Shown: positions 9,599 through 20,780, numbered from the stretch's first letter. The stretch is DNA of 64,000 nucleotides from Acidobacteriota bacterium (GCA_963666055.2 CAXWPH010000012.1:96001-160000); one strand, 5' to 3'. Numbers and translations are program-made. The notes: a model not told the origin generated them from the letters alone.

Positions 9599-11002
9599 AT
9601 GACAGAGCAGCAACAACGGCAGCGCCGGCGGCGCGGTCGGCGGCGCTCCCGCGGTGGCCGCGGAAGGCGTCGCGGCCAACCGAACCAGCCACAGAATTTC
9701 ACCCCGCCGCGCGACGAGGACACGGCGCTGCTGCTGCAGGACACGCATAGCGTCGACGATCTGATGGAGGCACGCCCGGCAGCGCTGCTAGAGATTGCCC
9801 GCGAGCTCAAGGTGGAGAATCCCACCGAGCTCGAGGCCGAGGCGCTGATCGAGGCCTGCCTGCGCGCCCAAGCCAAAGAGAACGGCCTGGTTTACAAGCA
9901 AGGGGTGCTTGAACGCCTGCCCGACGGCTACGGGTTCATCCGTTCCGCGGAGCACTCATACCTGCCCGGGCCCGAGGACGTCTACGTCTCCCCTACCCAG
10001 ATCCGGCGTTTCAATCTGCTCACCGGGGATACACTCGCCGGCAGCATCAGGCAACCGAAACAAGGTGAGAAGTACTTCGCGCTGGTGCAGATCGATTCCA
10101 TCAACTACGACACCCCGAACAAAGCGCTCGATCGCACCCTGTTCAAGAGCCTGACGCCCTATCACCCAGAGCGCCAAATCAAGGTCGAGATACCTGGCGA
10201 CGACCTCATCGGCCGCGTCATCGACCTGCTGAGCCCGCTGGGGTTCGGGCAGCGGGCGCTGATCGTCTCGCCGCCGCGTGCGGGCAAGACAATTCTGCTG
10301 CAGGCCATCGCCAAGGCGCTCGCACACAACCACCCCGACGTAAAGCTCATCGTCTTGCTGCTCGACGAGCGACCCGAAGAGGTCACCGACATGCGGCGGT
10401 CGGTACGCGGCGAGGTCGTATACTCGACGTTCGACGAGCCCGCCAGTCGTCACACGGCGGTTGGCGAGATCGTGCTCGAAAAGGCGCGCCGAATGGTTGA
10501 GAGCGGGCACGATGTGGTGATTCTCCTGGACTCGCTCACGCGGCTAGCCCGCGCCCACAACACCGTCACCCCATCGTCGGGTCGTGTGCTGACCGGCGGC
10601 GTCGATGCTAACGCTCTGGAGAAACCGAAGAAGTTCTTCGGGTCGGCCCGCGCGGTGGAGGAAGGGGGCTCGTTGACTATTGTCGCGACCGCGCTGATCG
10701 AAACCGGCAGCCGCATGGATGAGGTGATCTTCGAGGAGTTCAAGGGCACGGGTAACTCCGAGATCGTGTTGGACCGCAAGCTCGCCGACAAGCGCATCTT
10801 CCCGGCTATCGAGATCAACAAGTCAGGCACTCGCAAGGAAGAGCTGCTACTGGACCCTGTCGACCTGCAGCGCATCTGGATGCTGCGCAAGGCGCTGGCG
10901 GCGGTGCCGGCAGACGAGGCCATGGAGCTCCTGCTCAAGCGTCTGCGGCAGACCGAGAGCAATCGTGACTTCCTCGAGACCCTCCATGAGGGCATGGGCT
11001 GA
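9599..11002 (+). CDS. rho: Transcription termination factor Rho with Arg/Gly-rich N-terminal extension
   Basis: [51 protein letters not shown]. Confidence 0.98.
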   Translation: MTEQQQRQRRRRGRRRSRGGRGRRRGQPNQPQNFTPPRDEDTALLLQDTHSVDDLMEARPAALLEIARELKVENPTELEAEALIEACLRAQAKENGLVYKQGVLERLPDGYGFIRSAEHSYLPGPEDVYVSPTQIRRFNLLTGDTLAGSIRQPKQGEKYFALVQIDSINYDTPNKALDRTLFKSLTPYHPERQIKVEIPGDDLIGRVIDLLSPLGFGQRALIVSPPRAGKTILLQAIAKALAHNHPDVKLIVLLLDERPEEVTDMRRSVRGEVVYSTFDEPASRHTAVGEIVLEKARRMVESGHDVVILLDSLTRLARAHNTVTPSSGRVLTGGVDANALEKPKKFFGSARAVEEGGSLTIVATALIETGSRMDEVIFEEFKGTGNSEIVLDRKLADKRIFPAIEINKSGTRKEELLLDPVDLQRIWMLRKALAAVPADEAMELLLKRLRQTESNRDFLETLHEGMG

Positions 11003-11072
11003 GCGCTGAGCCTTCGCGATGAGGACAATCCCACCGCCTGGACTGAGCAAGCAATCCGGAGGGGACTGAGTC

Positions 11073-11639
11073 GTGCTGTGGGCGTTCGGCCTCCTCGCGG
11101 CCTTCCTGATAGCCGGGTCGGTAATTCTCTACAACCGCCTCGTCGGGCTGCAGAAGCGCGCCGAGGGCGCCTGGGCCGATATCGATGCCCAGCTCAAGCG
11201 TCGCCACGACGTCGTACCGGCACTGGTCGAAGTCGTGAAGGGTTACGCGGCGCACGAGAAGGGCACCCTCGAGGCGGTGACCCGAATGCGCACGGAGGCC
11301 CAGCAGGTCGAGGGACGACGCCTTCCTGACGCGGATGCATCGCAGATCGAGAACGGCCTCGTGGGGGCCCTGCGTGGCCTGTTCGCGCTCGCCGAGGCCT
11401 ACCCAGAGATCCAGGCCAACGAACGCTATGGAACGCTGCAGCGGCAACTCTCGGAGATCGAGGACGACTTGCAGTCGGCGCGACGCTACTACAACGCCGT
11501 GATTCGTGACCACAACACCGCGATCGCCAGCTTTCCGGCAATTCTGCTGGCTTCGCCCATGGGGTTCCCAGCACGCGAGTTTTTCGAAGTAGACAGCCCT
11601 CTCGAGCGCCAGGCGGTACGGGTGAATCTGGATGCGTAG
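11073..11639 (+). CDS. lemA: LemA family protein
   Basis: YNRLV...[26 protein letters not shown] motifs. Confidence 0.93.
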   Translation: MLWAFGLLAAFLIAGSVILYNRLVGLQKRAEGAWADIDAQLKRRHDVVPALVEVVKGYAAHEKGTLEAVTRMRTEAQQVEGRRLPDADASQIENGLVGALRGLFALAEAYPEIQANERYGTLQRQLSEIEDDLQSARRYYNAVIRDHNTAIASFPAILLASPMGFPAREFFEVDSPLERQAVRVNLDA

Positions 11640-13362
11640 GCAGAGCGTGGCCCTGGCGGCGTTCCTCCTGGTGCTTACCTCGTGCATCGTACCGGGCGTG
11701 GTATCGGCTCAGGGTCGCCAATACTGGGTCGAGTCTTTCGAGGCCGACATCCGCGTCCTGGAGAACGGCCAGATCGATGTCACCGAGCGCCTCACGTTTC
11801 ATTTCGAGGGTTCGTTCAACGGTATTTATCGAGACATTCCGATCAAGTACGAAACGCCCTGGGGACTTGACTACAGGCTGCGCTTGGAGCCCTTGGCGGT
11901 CACCACACCGAACGGAGCTACTCTGCGCCACGAGGCAGGTGCCAGCGGCGACGACCTTCGCTTCAAAGTCTGGGTTCCAAATGCCAACAACGCCTCTCGC
12001 ACCGTAGTCCTGCGCTACCGGGTTAGTCGCGCACTGCGATTTCCAGATACGGAAGAGGGTTTCGAGTCGCACGACCAGCTCTACTGGAATGTGACCGGCA
12101 TGGGTTGGACGGTGCCTATCCTGTCGGCAACGGCACAGATCAGCCTGCCAGAGGGCCTCCGCCAACCGCCATGGACCCTGGCCCACACCGGTCCCTATGG
12201 AGCTCGAGCGCACGAGGCCGACATCGAGAACCTCGCCATCAATTCAGTGCGCATCAGCACTCGTGGCCGACTAGAGCCCGGCGAGGGACTTACCGTAGTC
12301 GTCGGCTGGCCGTCGGGGCTCATCTATCGGCCGACAGTCGTCGATCAGGCGCGCGATCTCTTGGCCGACAACTGGCCCCTCGGCCTGCCATTCCTGGCGT
12401 TCTTCGGGATGTTCCTGGTTCACCGGCGGCGCGGGCGCGACCCGCAGATCGGGCAATCGGTAATGGTTCGCTACGAGCCGCCAGAGGGCTTTCTGCCGGC
12501 CGAGCTAGGTACCCTGATCGACGAGAAGGTCGACCTGCGCGACATCGTGGCGACGGTCATCGATCTGGCGGTACGCGGCTACCTCAAGATCGAGGAGACC
12601 GACGAGCCCGGTTGGTTGAGCAATACCACCAAGACCACCTTCGAGCGCTTGAAGCCGGCCGACGAGGCGCTACGCGCGTATGAGAAGTCGGTGCTCGAGG
12701 GCCTCTTCGAGAGTGGCGAGCGCGTCGCCATGGAAGATCTGAAGAGCAGCTTCTACACCCGCATTGGCGACATCAAGAACGAACTCTACGGCAGCATGAC
12801 CGAACGTGGCCTGTTTCGGTCGCGACCTGATCGCGCGCGTACGAACTGGATTGTCCTGGCGGTGGTGTCGCTGTTGCCAATGATCCTGCTCGCCGTCTTG
12901 CTGCAGAAGCCGGCGATGGCAATCGCCGCACCGTTTGTGGCGCTGGCCATCGGGGTGTTCGCACCGTTCATGCCCGCCCGAACCGTGAAGGGGCGCAGGA
13001 CCTTCGTTGCACTGCAAGGCTTCGAGGAATTCCTCGGCCGTACCGAGGCCGACCGCTTCAAGGCCCACGGTATTTCCGAGACCGCCTTCGAGCGCTACCT
13101 TCCGTACGCCATGGCTTTCGGCGTCGCCGACCACTGGGCGAAGCTGTTCGAAGGAATTCTGCGCCAGCCGCCGACGTGGTACGCAGGCCCGACACCGCAT
13201 TTCAGCCCCTCGTTGTTCGGCGCGCGAATGGGGAGCATGGGATCAGCGCTGGGGACGGCGCTCGCCACCCAGCCCCGCAGCAGCAGCGGAAGCTCTGGCT
13301 TCTCCGGCGGCGGAGGGTTCTCGGGCGGTGGCTTCGGCGGAGGCGGCGGCGGCGCCTTCTAG
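11632..13362 (+). CDS. DUF2207 family membrane protein
   Basis: GIYRDIP, LYWNVTG, LPYAMAFG and Gly-rich C-terminus; usual lemA neighbour. Confidence 0.88.
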   Translation: MRRQSVALAAFLLVLTSCIVPGVVSAQGRQYWVESFEADIRVLENGQIDVTERLTFHFEGSFNGIYRDIPIKYETPWGLDYRLRLEPLAVTTPNGATLRHEAGASGDDLRFKVWVPNANNASRTVVLRYRVSRALRFPDTEEGFESHDQLYWNVTGMGWTVPILSATAQISLPEGLRQPPWTLAHTGPYGARAHEADIENLAINSVRISTRGRLEPGEGLTVVVGWPSGLIYRPTVVDQARDLLADNWPLGLPFLAFFGMFLVHRRRGRDPQIGQSVMVRYEPPEGFLPAELGTLIDEKVDLRDIVATVIDLAVRGYLKIEETDEPGWLSNTTKTTFERLKPADEALRAYEKSVLEGLFESGERVAMEDLKSSFYTRIGDIKNELYGSMTERGLFRSRPDRARTNWIVLAVVSLLPMILLAVLLQKPAMAIAAPFVALAIGVFAPFMPARTVKGRRTFVALQGFEEFLGRTEADRFKAHGISETAFERYLPYAMAFGVADHWAKLFEGILRQPPTWYAGPTPHFSPSLFGARMGSMGSALGTALATQPRSSSGSSGFSGGGGFSGGGFGGGGGGAF

Positions 13363-14480
13363 TGGCCTGAGTCAGGAATACCAGAGAGGCCTCTGCCGAC
13401 CTCGAAGGGCAATCGCGACGCCACCGAGTTGTCCGAGTGCACGCGACCCTCTCCTGGGGAGTGATACAAGTCGAGGTATAGCTGAAGGTCCGAGACGGTC
13501 CGCAGGCCGTGGCTTGCCTGCGTGCCGAAGAACACCGCATGCCGATACGCGGGCTTCACGAGAAAACAGTTGGCACCGTGACCGGCTGGTCGCAAGCCCA
13601 GCACCCGACGCCACGTGTCCAGCGTCTTCTCCAGGTCTCCGTTGAGATCGGGAACGTACACGTGCAGCTCGAACGGTAGCCGCCGTTGGTGTGGCTTCAG
13701 CTGCAAGGCGTGTACGGCCGACTCGAGGGTCAGCGCGTAGCGATCCGACAGGTCCGCGTCTACCGTCCGGAGACGCTGCAGGGCAGCTTCGGGATCCTGG
13801 TCGCGCAGCTGGTAAGGAAACACCTCGTTAGTCTCGAAGGCGTACTCGGCGAGCCAGGCGGCCAGCAACCGCTGCGGCCGCACTAGCCTCGAGCCGCCGC
13901 CACGCTGGCGCTCGATGTAGCCATCCGTGGCCATCTGTTGGAGGATCTGCGAAACCCAGCCGAGGCTCAGATCACCATGTTCGGCAATCTCGCGTGTGGT
14001 AAGCCAGTCACCGGGCCGCTGCATCATGACGCGCAGCGGGATCGTGGCCTTGTCGTGAAACAGCGTGCGGATCTGCTTGCGCTGCGTGAAACGATTACGG
14101 TTGCCGATGATCTGTACGAAGACGCTGTTGAACCGCAAGTACGCGTTGCCGGAGCAATCGAGGTACCCGATGCCCGCTTCTCGACACAGACGGGCGCCGG
14201 CTGCCCCCATATGCGGCACGATGACCCCGGCCCCGGTGCCCGGCTTGGCGGCAATGCGACGCACTCGGGGTAGCAACCCACGGAGCTGGCGAGGCTCGCC
14301 CGAGGCAAGCGGGAGGTATAGAAGTCTCCGGATCGCACCCGCCTGACCGAGAAGCTCCACCTCGATCATGCTTTGGTCTTCGGGCGCGGTCCCGACGCGC
14401 ACGCCGGTTACCAGAATCTCGGGGACGACCTCTCGCCAGTTGCCCAGGAAGTAGGAACGTACCTCGCTTGCATTCCTCAT
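13359..14480 (-). CDS. AbiEi-like (DUF2186-type) HTH protein, type IV toxin-antitoxin antitoxin-like
   Basis: GYLDCSGNAYL, central HTH (TTREIAEHGDLSLGWVSQIL), C-terminal VSDLQLYLDL. Confidence 0.7.
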   Translation of the reverse strand: MRNASEVRSYFLGNWREVVPEILVTGVRVGTAPEDQSMIEVELLGQAGAIRRLLYLPLASGEPRQLRGLLPRVRRIAAKPGTGAGVIVPHMGAAGARLCREAGIGYLDCSGNAYLRFNSVFVQIIGNRNRFTQRKQIRTLFHDKATIPLRVMMQRPGDWLTTREIAEHGDLSLGWVSQILQQMATDGYIERQRGGGSRLVRPQRLLAAWLAEYAFETNEVFPYQLRDQDPEAALQRLRTVDADLSDRYALTLESAVHALQLKPHQRRLPFELHVYVPDLNGDLEKTLDTWRRVLGLRPAGHGANCFLVKPAYRHAVFFGTQASHGLRTVSDLQLYLDLYHSPGEGRVHSDNSVASRLPFEVGRGLSGIPDSGH

Positions 14481-14635
14481 CGGGCGGTGGATCCGGGAGC
14501 AGAACGGTCAGTAACACGAGATGAACGGCGTGCCGACATAGAGGCGCGTTTATAGCAAGAAGCGCCAGCGGCCGCCAGCCGACTTATGGCTCTGGCGAGG
14601 GTTCGAGGCCAGATGAGGTCGAATTTCTCGTTTTG

Positions 14636-15103
14636 CTACGGCTGTCGGCGAGACGCAGGTGGGCTCGGCAGCAATCGAAACCGAAACGACACCACGTTGG
14701 CAGCGCCAGCGAAGGGCATCGAACCCTCTTGCTCGAGGGTTACGACCTCGCCCGCCACCACCGTCACTGTTCCGGTGTCGGTGTGCAGCACGCCGTCGTC
14801 GTCGTCGAGTAAATCGATCGCCACCTCGACGTCGAACGCGCGGGTCCTGTCGTTGATGACCTCGGCAGACCAACGGAAGTGAACGCGCTCTTGCTCGACC
14901 GTACTCCAATCGAATTCGTGCTCACCCAGCCGAAGAAGCTGTGCCGCCAGGACCGATCCACCCAGTGGCGTTAGAAGCGCGGCGAGCACCAACACGCCTG
15001 CGAGTCGTGTCCGGGAGCGGCGCGTCACGCGTGCCAACGCTCGTCGAGCCACCCGGCCCTGCGCAACGGAGAACCGATTACCCTCATTGATCGAAGCTAG
15101 CAT
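14636..15103 (-). CDS. Secreted beta-rich hypothetical protein; start uncertain
   Basis: Signal-peptide-like segment followed by an alternating beta-strand pattern; GC-biased codon usage. Confidence 0.6.
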   Translation of the reverse strand: MLASINEGNRFSVAQGRVARRALARVTRRSRTRLAGVLVLAALLTPLGGSVLAAQLLRLGEHEFDWSTVEQERVHFRWSAEVINDRTRAFDVEVAIDLLDDDDGVLHTDTGTVTVVAGEVVTLEQEGSMPFAGAANVVSFRFRLLPSPPASRRQP

Positions 15104-15174
15104 GGTCGCTGTCCGAGGGTCAAAGCACCGCCGGAACCTTGCGCGAGAGCCGCTGGCGGCCGACCCAGCCGGAC

Positions 15175-17280
15175 TCATTGCGGGTAGTCTTCGTCGTTCC
15201 ACAATGGATCGACGTTGGGGTCGTACTCATCGCTGACCGTCGTGGCCACGGAGTCCGAAAAAACGGGCGCGCTCTGGCTGGTGTCGTCTGCCTCGAACAG
15301 CTCCCATGGCTCCAATAGCTTGCGCGGCAACTCCTGAAGGAACCGTGAAGGCTGCTGCAGCAACGCACCGCCCACTCCGCCCGGTTGCACGATCGGATAA
15401 CTGAGATACAGCTCGTCGCGGGCTCGCGTCATGGCGACGTAGAAAATGCGACGCTCCTCCTCCTCCCCACCCACCTCGTCCAGCGATCGCCGGCTCGGCA
15501 GGGCACCCTCGACCAGGTGGATGGCGAACACCACGTCCCACTCAAGCCCTTTGGCTTGATGAACGGTCGACAGCACCACCCGCTCGTCGGCCGAGTCGCC
15601 GTCGCTGCCCACATCTTGTCCGTAGAGCTCCCCGAGCAGGACCAGCTCCTCCAGGAACGCGCCGATCGACTCGTACTGCGCCGCGAACACGGCCAGCTGC
15701 TCGAGGTCCTCGACTCGCGACTCGTAGTTGGTGAACTGGGTAGCCGCGATATCGTCGTAGCCACCCTCGATCACAGCACGAATAGCCGCCTCTGGCTCGG
15801 CCAGGTACGCGGCCACTGCCTGCAGCAGTGCAACGAAAGCGCCCCAGGCGTCGTGCGCGCGTCGCTGCAGCAGGTGACGAATGCGCTCCGAACAGAGCTG
15901 GACAATCAGCTCGTCGGCCGAGCTCGCCATTGTCAGCGCCTCCCACAAGCGGCGGGCGGTGACGTTGCCGATTCCTCGTTGGAGCATGAGCGCACGCCGA
16001 AACGCAATCTCGTCGCGCGGGTTATCGACCAGCCGCAGGTAGGCGGTGACGTCCTTGACATGCGCCTGCTCGAAGAAGCGCAAACCGCCACGAACGTCAT
16101 ACGGGATGTCGTAGCGGAGCAGTGTGGTCTCGACAGAAAGTCTGTGCGAATGCGCCCTATACAGCACCGCGATGCGGTTGAGCGGCGTCCCCTCATCGCG
16201 TAGCTGCAGGATACGTTCCGCCACGAAGGCGGCCTCCTGCTCGGCATAGTTGCACGGCACCAGCGCGGGCTGTTGGCCCGACTGGCGACGTGCCCGTAGC
16301 TCCTTCTGATATTGGCCGGTATTGAAGCCGATGCTGGCGTTGGTCAGCTGTAGGATCTCCGGGGTCGAGCGGTAGTTGATCTCCAGCTTGAACACCTCGG
16401 CGTTCGGATGACGTTCCGCGAAGCCGAGGATATTGTCGTAGTGAGCGCCGCGGAAGGAGTAGATACTCTGGCAATCGTCGCCCACGACCATCAGGTTGCC
16501 GCCGTTGGCGCGCGCCAGCGTCTCTACAAGCTCACCCTGGATCAGGTTGGTGTCTTGGTACTCGTCGACGAGTACGTATCGCAGCTGCTCGCCGTAACGG
16601 CGGCACACTTCTGGTACCTCACGGAGTAGGCGCAGCCACATCACCAGAAGGTCGTCATAATCCATCGCGTTCGCCGCCAGCTTGCGCTCTGCGTACCTTC
16701 GAGAGACCGCCGCGATCTGCTCTTCCCAGTCCAGGAAGCGCGGAAAACGCGTTGCCAACAGATCAGCGAACTCCGTGCGTGAGTTAACGTGCAGCGAAAT
16801 CAGCGATGCCAGCACCTTCGGAGATGGAAAGCGTCGCCGCTCGACTTCCACACCGACGTCCGTGATGCAGAGCCGGATGAGGTCGCGCTGGTCACCCGCG
16901 TCGAGGATCGAGAACGAGTCGGTGAAGCCGAGCAACGCCCCATGCCGCCGCAGAACTCTTGCTCCCACGGCGTGGAACGTCCCGCCCCACAGGCGGTCGG
17001 TCTCCACGTTTGTCAACTCGCGGGCCCGGCCCACCATCTCGCGTGCGGCCTTGTTGGTGAACGTGACAAGAAGGATCGCATCGGCGGGCACACCGCGACT
17101 AAGCAGCCAGGCTACGCGATAGGTCAGCGTCCGCGTCTTACCCGTGCCGGCGCCGGCGATTACCAGCTTTTCACCGTCCCCACAGCTTACGGCGCCGTAC
17201 TGCTGCTCGTTGAGGTCGCCCTCGAAGTCCACATCGAGCGCCGGGCCAGCGCGGCGTGGGATGAGGAACTTCCGCGCCAT
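15175..17280 (-). CDS. UvrD/PcrA-family SF1 DNA helicase
   Basis: AGAGTGKT, VTFTNKAA, VDEYQD, VGDDCQSIYSFRGA, STVHQAKGLEW, FYVAMTRA. Confidence 0.95.
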   Translation of the reverse strand: MARKFLIPRRAGPALDVDFEGDLNEQQYGAVSCGDGEKLVIAGAGTGKTRTLTYRVAWLLSRGVPADAILLVTFTNKAAREMVGRARELTNVETDRLWGGTFHAVGARVLRRHGALLGFTDSFSILDAGDQRDLIRLCITDVGVEVERRRFPSPKVLASLISLHVNSRTEFADLLATRFPRFLDWEEQIAAVSRRYAERKLAANAMDYDDLLVMWLRLLREVPEVCRRYGEQLRYVLVDEYQDTNLIQGELVETLARANGGNLMVVGDDCQSIYSFRGAHYDNILGFAERHPNAEVFKLEINYRSTPEILQLTNASIGFNTGQYQKELRARRQSGQQPALVPCNYAEQEAAFVAERILQLRDEGTPLNRIAVLYRAHSHRLSVETTLLRYDIPYDVRGGLRFFEQAHVKDVTAYLRLVDNPRDEIAFRRALMLQRGIGNVTARRLWEALTMASSADELIVQLCSERIRHLLQRRAHDAWGAFVALLQAVAAYLAEPEAAIRAVIEGGYDDIAATQFTNYESRVEDLEQLAVFAAQYESIGAFLEELVLLGELYGQDVGSDGDSADERVVLSTVHQAKGLEWDVVFAIHLVEGALPSRRSLDEVGGEEEERRIFYVAMTRARDELYLSYPIVQPGGVGGALLQQPSRFLQELPRKLLEPWELFEADDTSQSAPVFSDSVATTVSDEYDPNVDPLWNDEDYPQ

Positions 17281-17284
17281 CGCG

Positions 17285-19054
17285 TCAGTGGGCCGGCGCT
17301 GGAACGGGTCCGTCGATCAGCGCCCAACGCGCGCTGCCCGAGCTCATCAAGCGCAGCAACGCCACTCGGCGGGCCAGGGCGGTGGGATCTGGGATAACAC
17401 CAGAGATATCATCGACCGTCCAAATCGGCGCCGCCGCCGCGCTAGCGCCGGTCAGAAGGCCGCTGATTTGCTCGAACATGGTGCGTTGTCGCGGATACAG
17501 CCGCACGTTCACTTCGGTACGAGCGTCGATGCCGGCCGCGCGCCGTGCGGCGCTGAGGGCGGCGCGCAGTCCGCCGATCTCGTCGACCAGACCCACTTCC
17601 AGAGCCTGCTCACCGGTCCACACCCGCCCAGCGGCCAACCGTTCAACCTCCGCCAAGCTCAGATCACGGGCGTCAGCTACTTTCTCGAGAAAAGTGCGGT
17701 AGGTCTCCGCGATGGAGGCCTCGATAACCTCGCGCTCCGACGGCGACAGCCTCTGCGAATCGAGAAAAAGGCCGGCGTTAGCACCCCGTGTGACGGCATC
17801 GTTGGCGATGCCGAGCTTCTCGTAGGCACCCGCCAAGTTGTAACGACCCATGGTCACGCCGATCGAACCGGTATAGGTGGCACCGTCGGCAAGCACGCGA
17901 GTTCCGGCGGTGGCAATCCAGTACCCGCCCGACGCGGCGACGTCGGACATGCTCACGATAACCGGCATGGACTCCGCCGCCAGCGCTACCTCACGCCAGA
18001 TCACATCCGACGCCGTGACCGCCCCCCCCGGACTGTCAACGCGCACGACGATAGCGCGCACGCGAGCGCTCTGACGCGCCGTCCGGATGGCCCGGGCGAT
18101 CGTATCGCCGCCGGCAACAGCACCACCGAACGGATCGTTGGAGACGTCACCCGGCAGGATCAGCCCGTCGACGTGAACCAGCGCGATGGCCGGACGCCCC
18201 AGGCTCCAGCCGCTGGGTCCGGCAAGCTCCCAGTAATCGCGAACGCCGACGCGTTGAGCATCGCCGCCACCCCCGAGGACCTCGGCGAGGCTGTCGTGGA
18301 AGCCGAGCTCGTCGACGAGGCCAAGCTCCTGAGCTGCGGCTGCGGGGAGGATGCCGCGGTCGATCGCCGCCTGCACTGTCTCGCGGTCAAGATCTCGATC
18401 CTCGGCGATGCCGTCGACGATCTGCCCATAGATGCTATCGAGCAAGCTCTCCAACACCAGCCGCTCTTCGTCGCTCATGCCGGTCTTCGTATACGGATTC
18501 ATCGCCGACTTGTAAGGCCCGGTGGCGAACGTCTCGAACTCTATCCCGAGCTTGTCGAGCAGCTCTCGGTAGTACTGCGTGCGGGCGGCCAGTCCCAGGA
18601 CGAAGCTACCGGTGGGCACCTGAACCAGTGTGTCCGCAGCCGAAGCAACGTACAGATCGATCAGCGTGCCGAGCTCGAGCATCGCCACCACCGGCTTGCC
18701 CGAATCGCGGAACGCATGCACGGCGGAACGGATCTCTTGCGCTTTCGCGAAGCCGCCAAGCATCGGACCTACGCACAGCACGGCGGCGGAGACGCGCGGG
18801 TCATCGGCCGCTCGGCGCAGCGCGTTGTCGATCTCTCGAACCGACAGCGGACCGATCGAGCGGTTGCCCCAGAGGTAAGCTGGTCGCTCCACCACCTGCC
18901 CCACCAGGCTGACCTCTAGCACATTGTCTGTGCCGAGACTCCCCCGCTGTCCGAGGACGGCGCGATTGAGGAACTGGGTTGCCCACCAGAACAGCAATAT
19001 CAACAACAGGAACCCCAGGATTACCCAGGTCCAGGAACTCCGCCGTTGCGCCAT
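17285..19054 (-). CDS. sppA: Signal peptide peptidase SppA (long form)
   Basis: RVDSPGG, AASGGYWI, TGSIGV, GPYKSA, GRVWTG. Confidence 0.95.
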   Translation of the reverse strand: MAQRRSSWTWVILGFLLLILLFWWATQFLNRAVLGQRGSLGTDNVLEVSLVGQVVERPAYLWGNRSIGPLSVREIDNALRRAADDPRVSAAVLCVGPMLGGFAKAQEIRSAVHAFRDSGKPVVAMLELGTLIDLYVASAADTLVQVPTGSFVLGLAARTQYYRELLDKLGIEFETFATGPYKSAMNPYTKTGMSDEERLVLESLLDSIYGQIVDGIAEDRDLDRETVQAAIDRGILPAAAAQELGLVDELGFHDSLAEVLGGGGDAQRVGVRDYWELAGPSGWSLGRPAIALVHVDGLILPGDVSNDPFGGAVAGGDTIARAIRTARQSARVRAIVVRVDSPGGAVTASDVIWREVALAAESMPVIVSMSDVAASGGYWIATAGTRVLADGATYTGSIGVTMGRYNLAGAYEKLGIANDAVTRGANAGLFLDSQRLSPSEREVIEASIAETYRTFLEKVADARDLSLAEVERLAAGRVWTGEQALEVGLVDEIGGLRAALSAARRAAGIDARTEVNVRLYPRQRTMFEQISGLLTGASAAAAPIWTVDDISGVIPDPTALARRVALLRLMSSGSARWALIDGPVPAPAH

Positions 19055-19086
19055 CCGCCCGCCCCCGCCTTACCTTCGTCCAGGAC

Positions 19087-19371
19087 TCAAAATACGACGT
19101 CGAAACTGCTCGCCAGCGCAGCCTCGTCAGGCTCGTCGCTCACTTCGAGCCGATCCACCCGTGCGGTCGGCGAGCCTTGATGGCACCACGCAATGAAGTG
19201 CTCCACTGTCGCCGGTGGTCCCTCCACGACAGCTTCCACGGCCCCGTCGTCGCAGTTGCGAACCCACCCCCGCAGACCGAGTCGTGTCGCTGCGGTGCGC
19301 GCGTGGGCGCGGTAATACACTCCCTGGACCCGCCCTCGGATTCGCAGGCGAACGCGTTGAACCGTGCTCAT
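19087..19371 (-). CDS. acyP: Acylphosphatase
   Basis: GRVQGVYYR and GWVRN motifs; the true start is the ATG at 19371 inside the longer ORF. Confidence 0.93.
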   Translation of the reverse strand: MSTVQRVRLRIRGRVQGVYYRAHARTAATRLGLRGWVRNCDDGAVEAVVEGPPATVEHFIAWCHQGSPTARVDRLEVSDEPDEAALASSFDVVF

Positions 19372-19505
19372 CAACCACCATTCTACCGACAATGGCACGT
19401 TGGCGGCGCTAATATCGAGCTTCATCAGGAGGTATAGCCATTCGACTCCCCGCGTTTGCCAGCTCACGCATCGGTCGCGATCCCTGGGGCCAGTTCTTTC
19501 TCGGC

Positions 19506-20753
19506 ATGGCCCTGCTGTGGTCGCTGGCAATTCCGCTTTCCATTGCCGTGGCGGAGATTGCGCTGTGGACGTCTCTGGTCCTGTGGTGCGCCAATTGGCT
19601 TCGGTTGGAGCTAGCACGCGCCGGTTCGGTACCTGAGCCGCCGGCCCGCGGCCCCGCCGGCGACGTCTTCTCGCTTGTCGGCACCCCTCTGATGGCGTTC
19701 TGGGGGGTCTCGATGATCTCGGCGCTCGCGTCGCGCGCACCGGTCGAGAGCCTCTGGTCCTTGCGTGAGGTATTCCTGTTCGCGGCCCCGATGGTCACCT
19801 ACCTTGCTTACCGGCACCCATCGATGCGCCGGCTCGGATTGCGTGCCCTCGGAATCGGCGTGTTGATAGCGATCATCGTCGGGCTGTTGGGCACCGTGCT
19901 GGCGGTTCAAAGAGGCGCGTTCCCGGGAGCGTATCGTCCAGATGGCACGCTCGGGCACTACATGACGTATGCGGGAGCACTGATGTTGGCGATTCCGATG
20001 CTGCTGGTGCTGCGCGACGGATGGGTCGGCATGCTCCACCGTGCGCTGGCCCTGGGAGCGCTCGTGGTCATCGGGCTCACGATGACCCGTTCTGCCTGGA
20101 TCGGTTGCGTGGTCGGCCTCGCACTTTGGTTCGGCTTGCGGTTCGTGCCCAGCCGCTCAGCCGGCGGCGGCCCGCCGCCTCGCCGATGGGCCGCATACGT
20201 AGTGCTGCTGCTCATCGGCGTCGTCGTCGGAGGCGTGGTGTTGTTGACGCTCGCCGGCCCGGAAGCGCTGTACGAGCGCGGCGCGAGCATCTTCTCTCTA
20301 GACAACCCGACGAACCTCGATCGCCTGGCTATGGCAGCTACCGGGTTGCGCATCATCCAGGCGCATCCTCTCCTCGGTGTCGGGCCGGGGCTGATTCCCC
20401 GCGTCTACCCGGCCTGGCGGGTGGAATGGGCCGTGAAAGAGACCAACCCCCACTTGCACAACGATGCGCTACACCTAGCGGCCGAGCGCGGCTTGCTTGG
20501 ACTGGCAACGTGGCTGTGGCTAATGGCCGCTTTCGCCGTGGGCGCCTGGCGAGTTCTACGCTACACGGGCCCCTTCGCGGAAGGCGGACCGGAGGCCCGC
20601 GCCGCCCTGGCCGCCCTCGGGGCATTCCTCACGATGGGGCTGTTCGAGTACAACTTTTCTGACTCGGAAGTACTCATGGTTCTGCTCTTCGCCACCACAT
20701 TGCCGTTCGCCGCCAGCGCCGGATTGGTACTCGGAAGAGATCGCGAAAGCTGA
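19506..20753 (+). CDS. O-antigen ligase family (Wzy_C) membrane protein; start may be upstream
   Basis: Multiple TM segments, [35 protein letters not shown]. Confidence 0.88.
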   Translation: MALLWSLAIPLSIAVAEIALWTSLVLWCANWLRLELARAGSVPEPPARGPAGDVFSLVGTPLMAFWGVSMISALASRAPVESLWSLREVFLFAAPMVTYLAYRHPSMRRLGLRALGIGVLIAIIVGLLGTVLAVQRGAFPGAYRPDGTLGHYMTYAGALMLAIPMLLVLRDGWVGMLHRALALGALVVIGLTMTRSAWIGCVVGLALWFGLRFVPSRSAGGGPPPRRWAAYVVLLLIGVVVGGVVLLTLAGPEALYERGASIFSLDNPTNLDRLAMAATGLRIIQAHPLLGVGPGLIPRVYPAWRVEWAVKETNPHLHNDALHLAAERGLLGLATWLWLMAAFAVGAWRVLRYTGPFAEGGPEARAALAALGAFLTMGLFEYNFSDSEVLMVLLFATTLPFAASAGLVLGRDRES

Positions 20754-20780
20754 CGGCGCCGCCTACTCTGGTGGCCTGAC

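Noticed and set aside
13280-13360. GGC-rich tandem-like sequence
   Set aside because: It encodes the normal Gly-rich tail of DUF2207 proteins
2534-14538. Partial matches to the candidate parS core at 2534-2549 (13/16) and 14523-14538 (12/16)
   Set aside because: The motif is GC-rich, so such matches are plausible by chance; neither is a full palindrome
17144-18919. 591-aa plus-strand ORF and many other long overlapping ORFs (for example 3458..4360, 46256..47383, 48691..49764, 57704..58735)
   Set aside because: Antisense or off-frame shadows of well-supported genes, expected at high GC; no recognisable motifs
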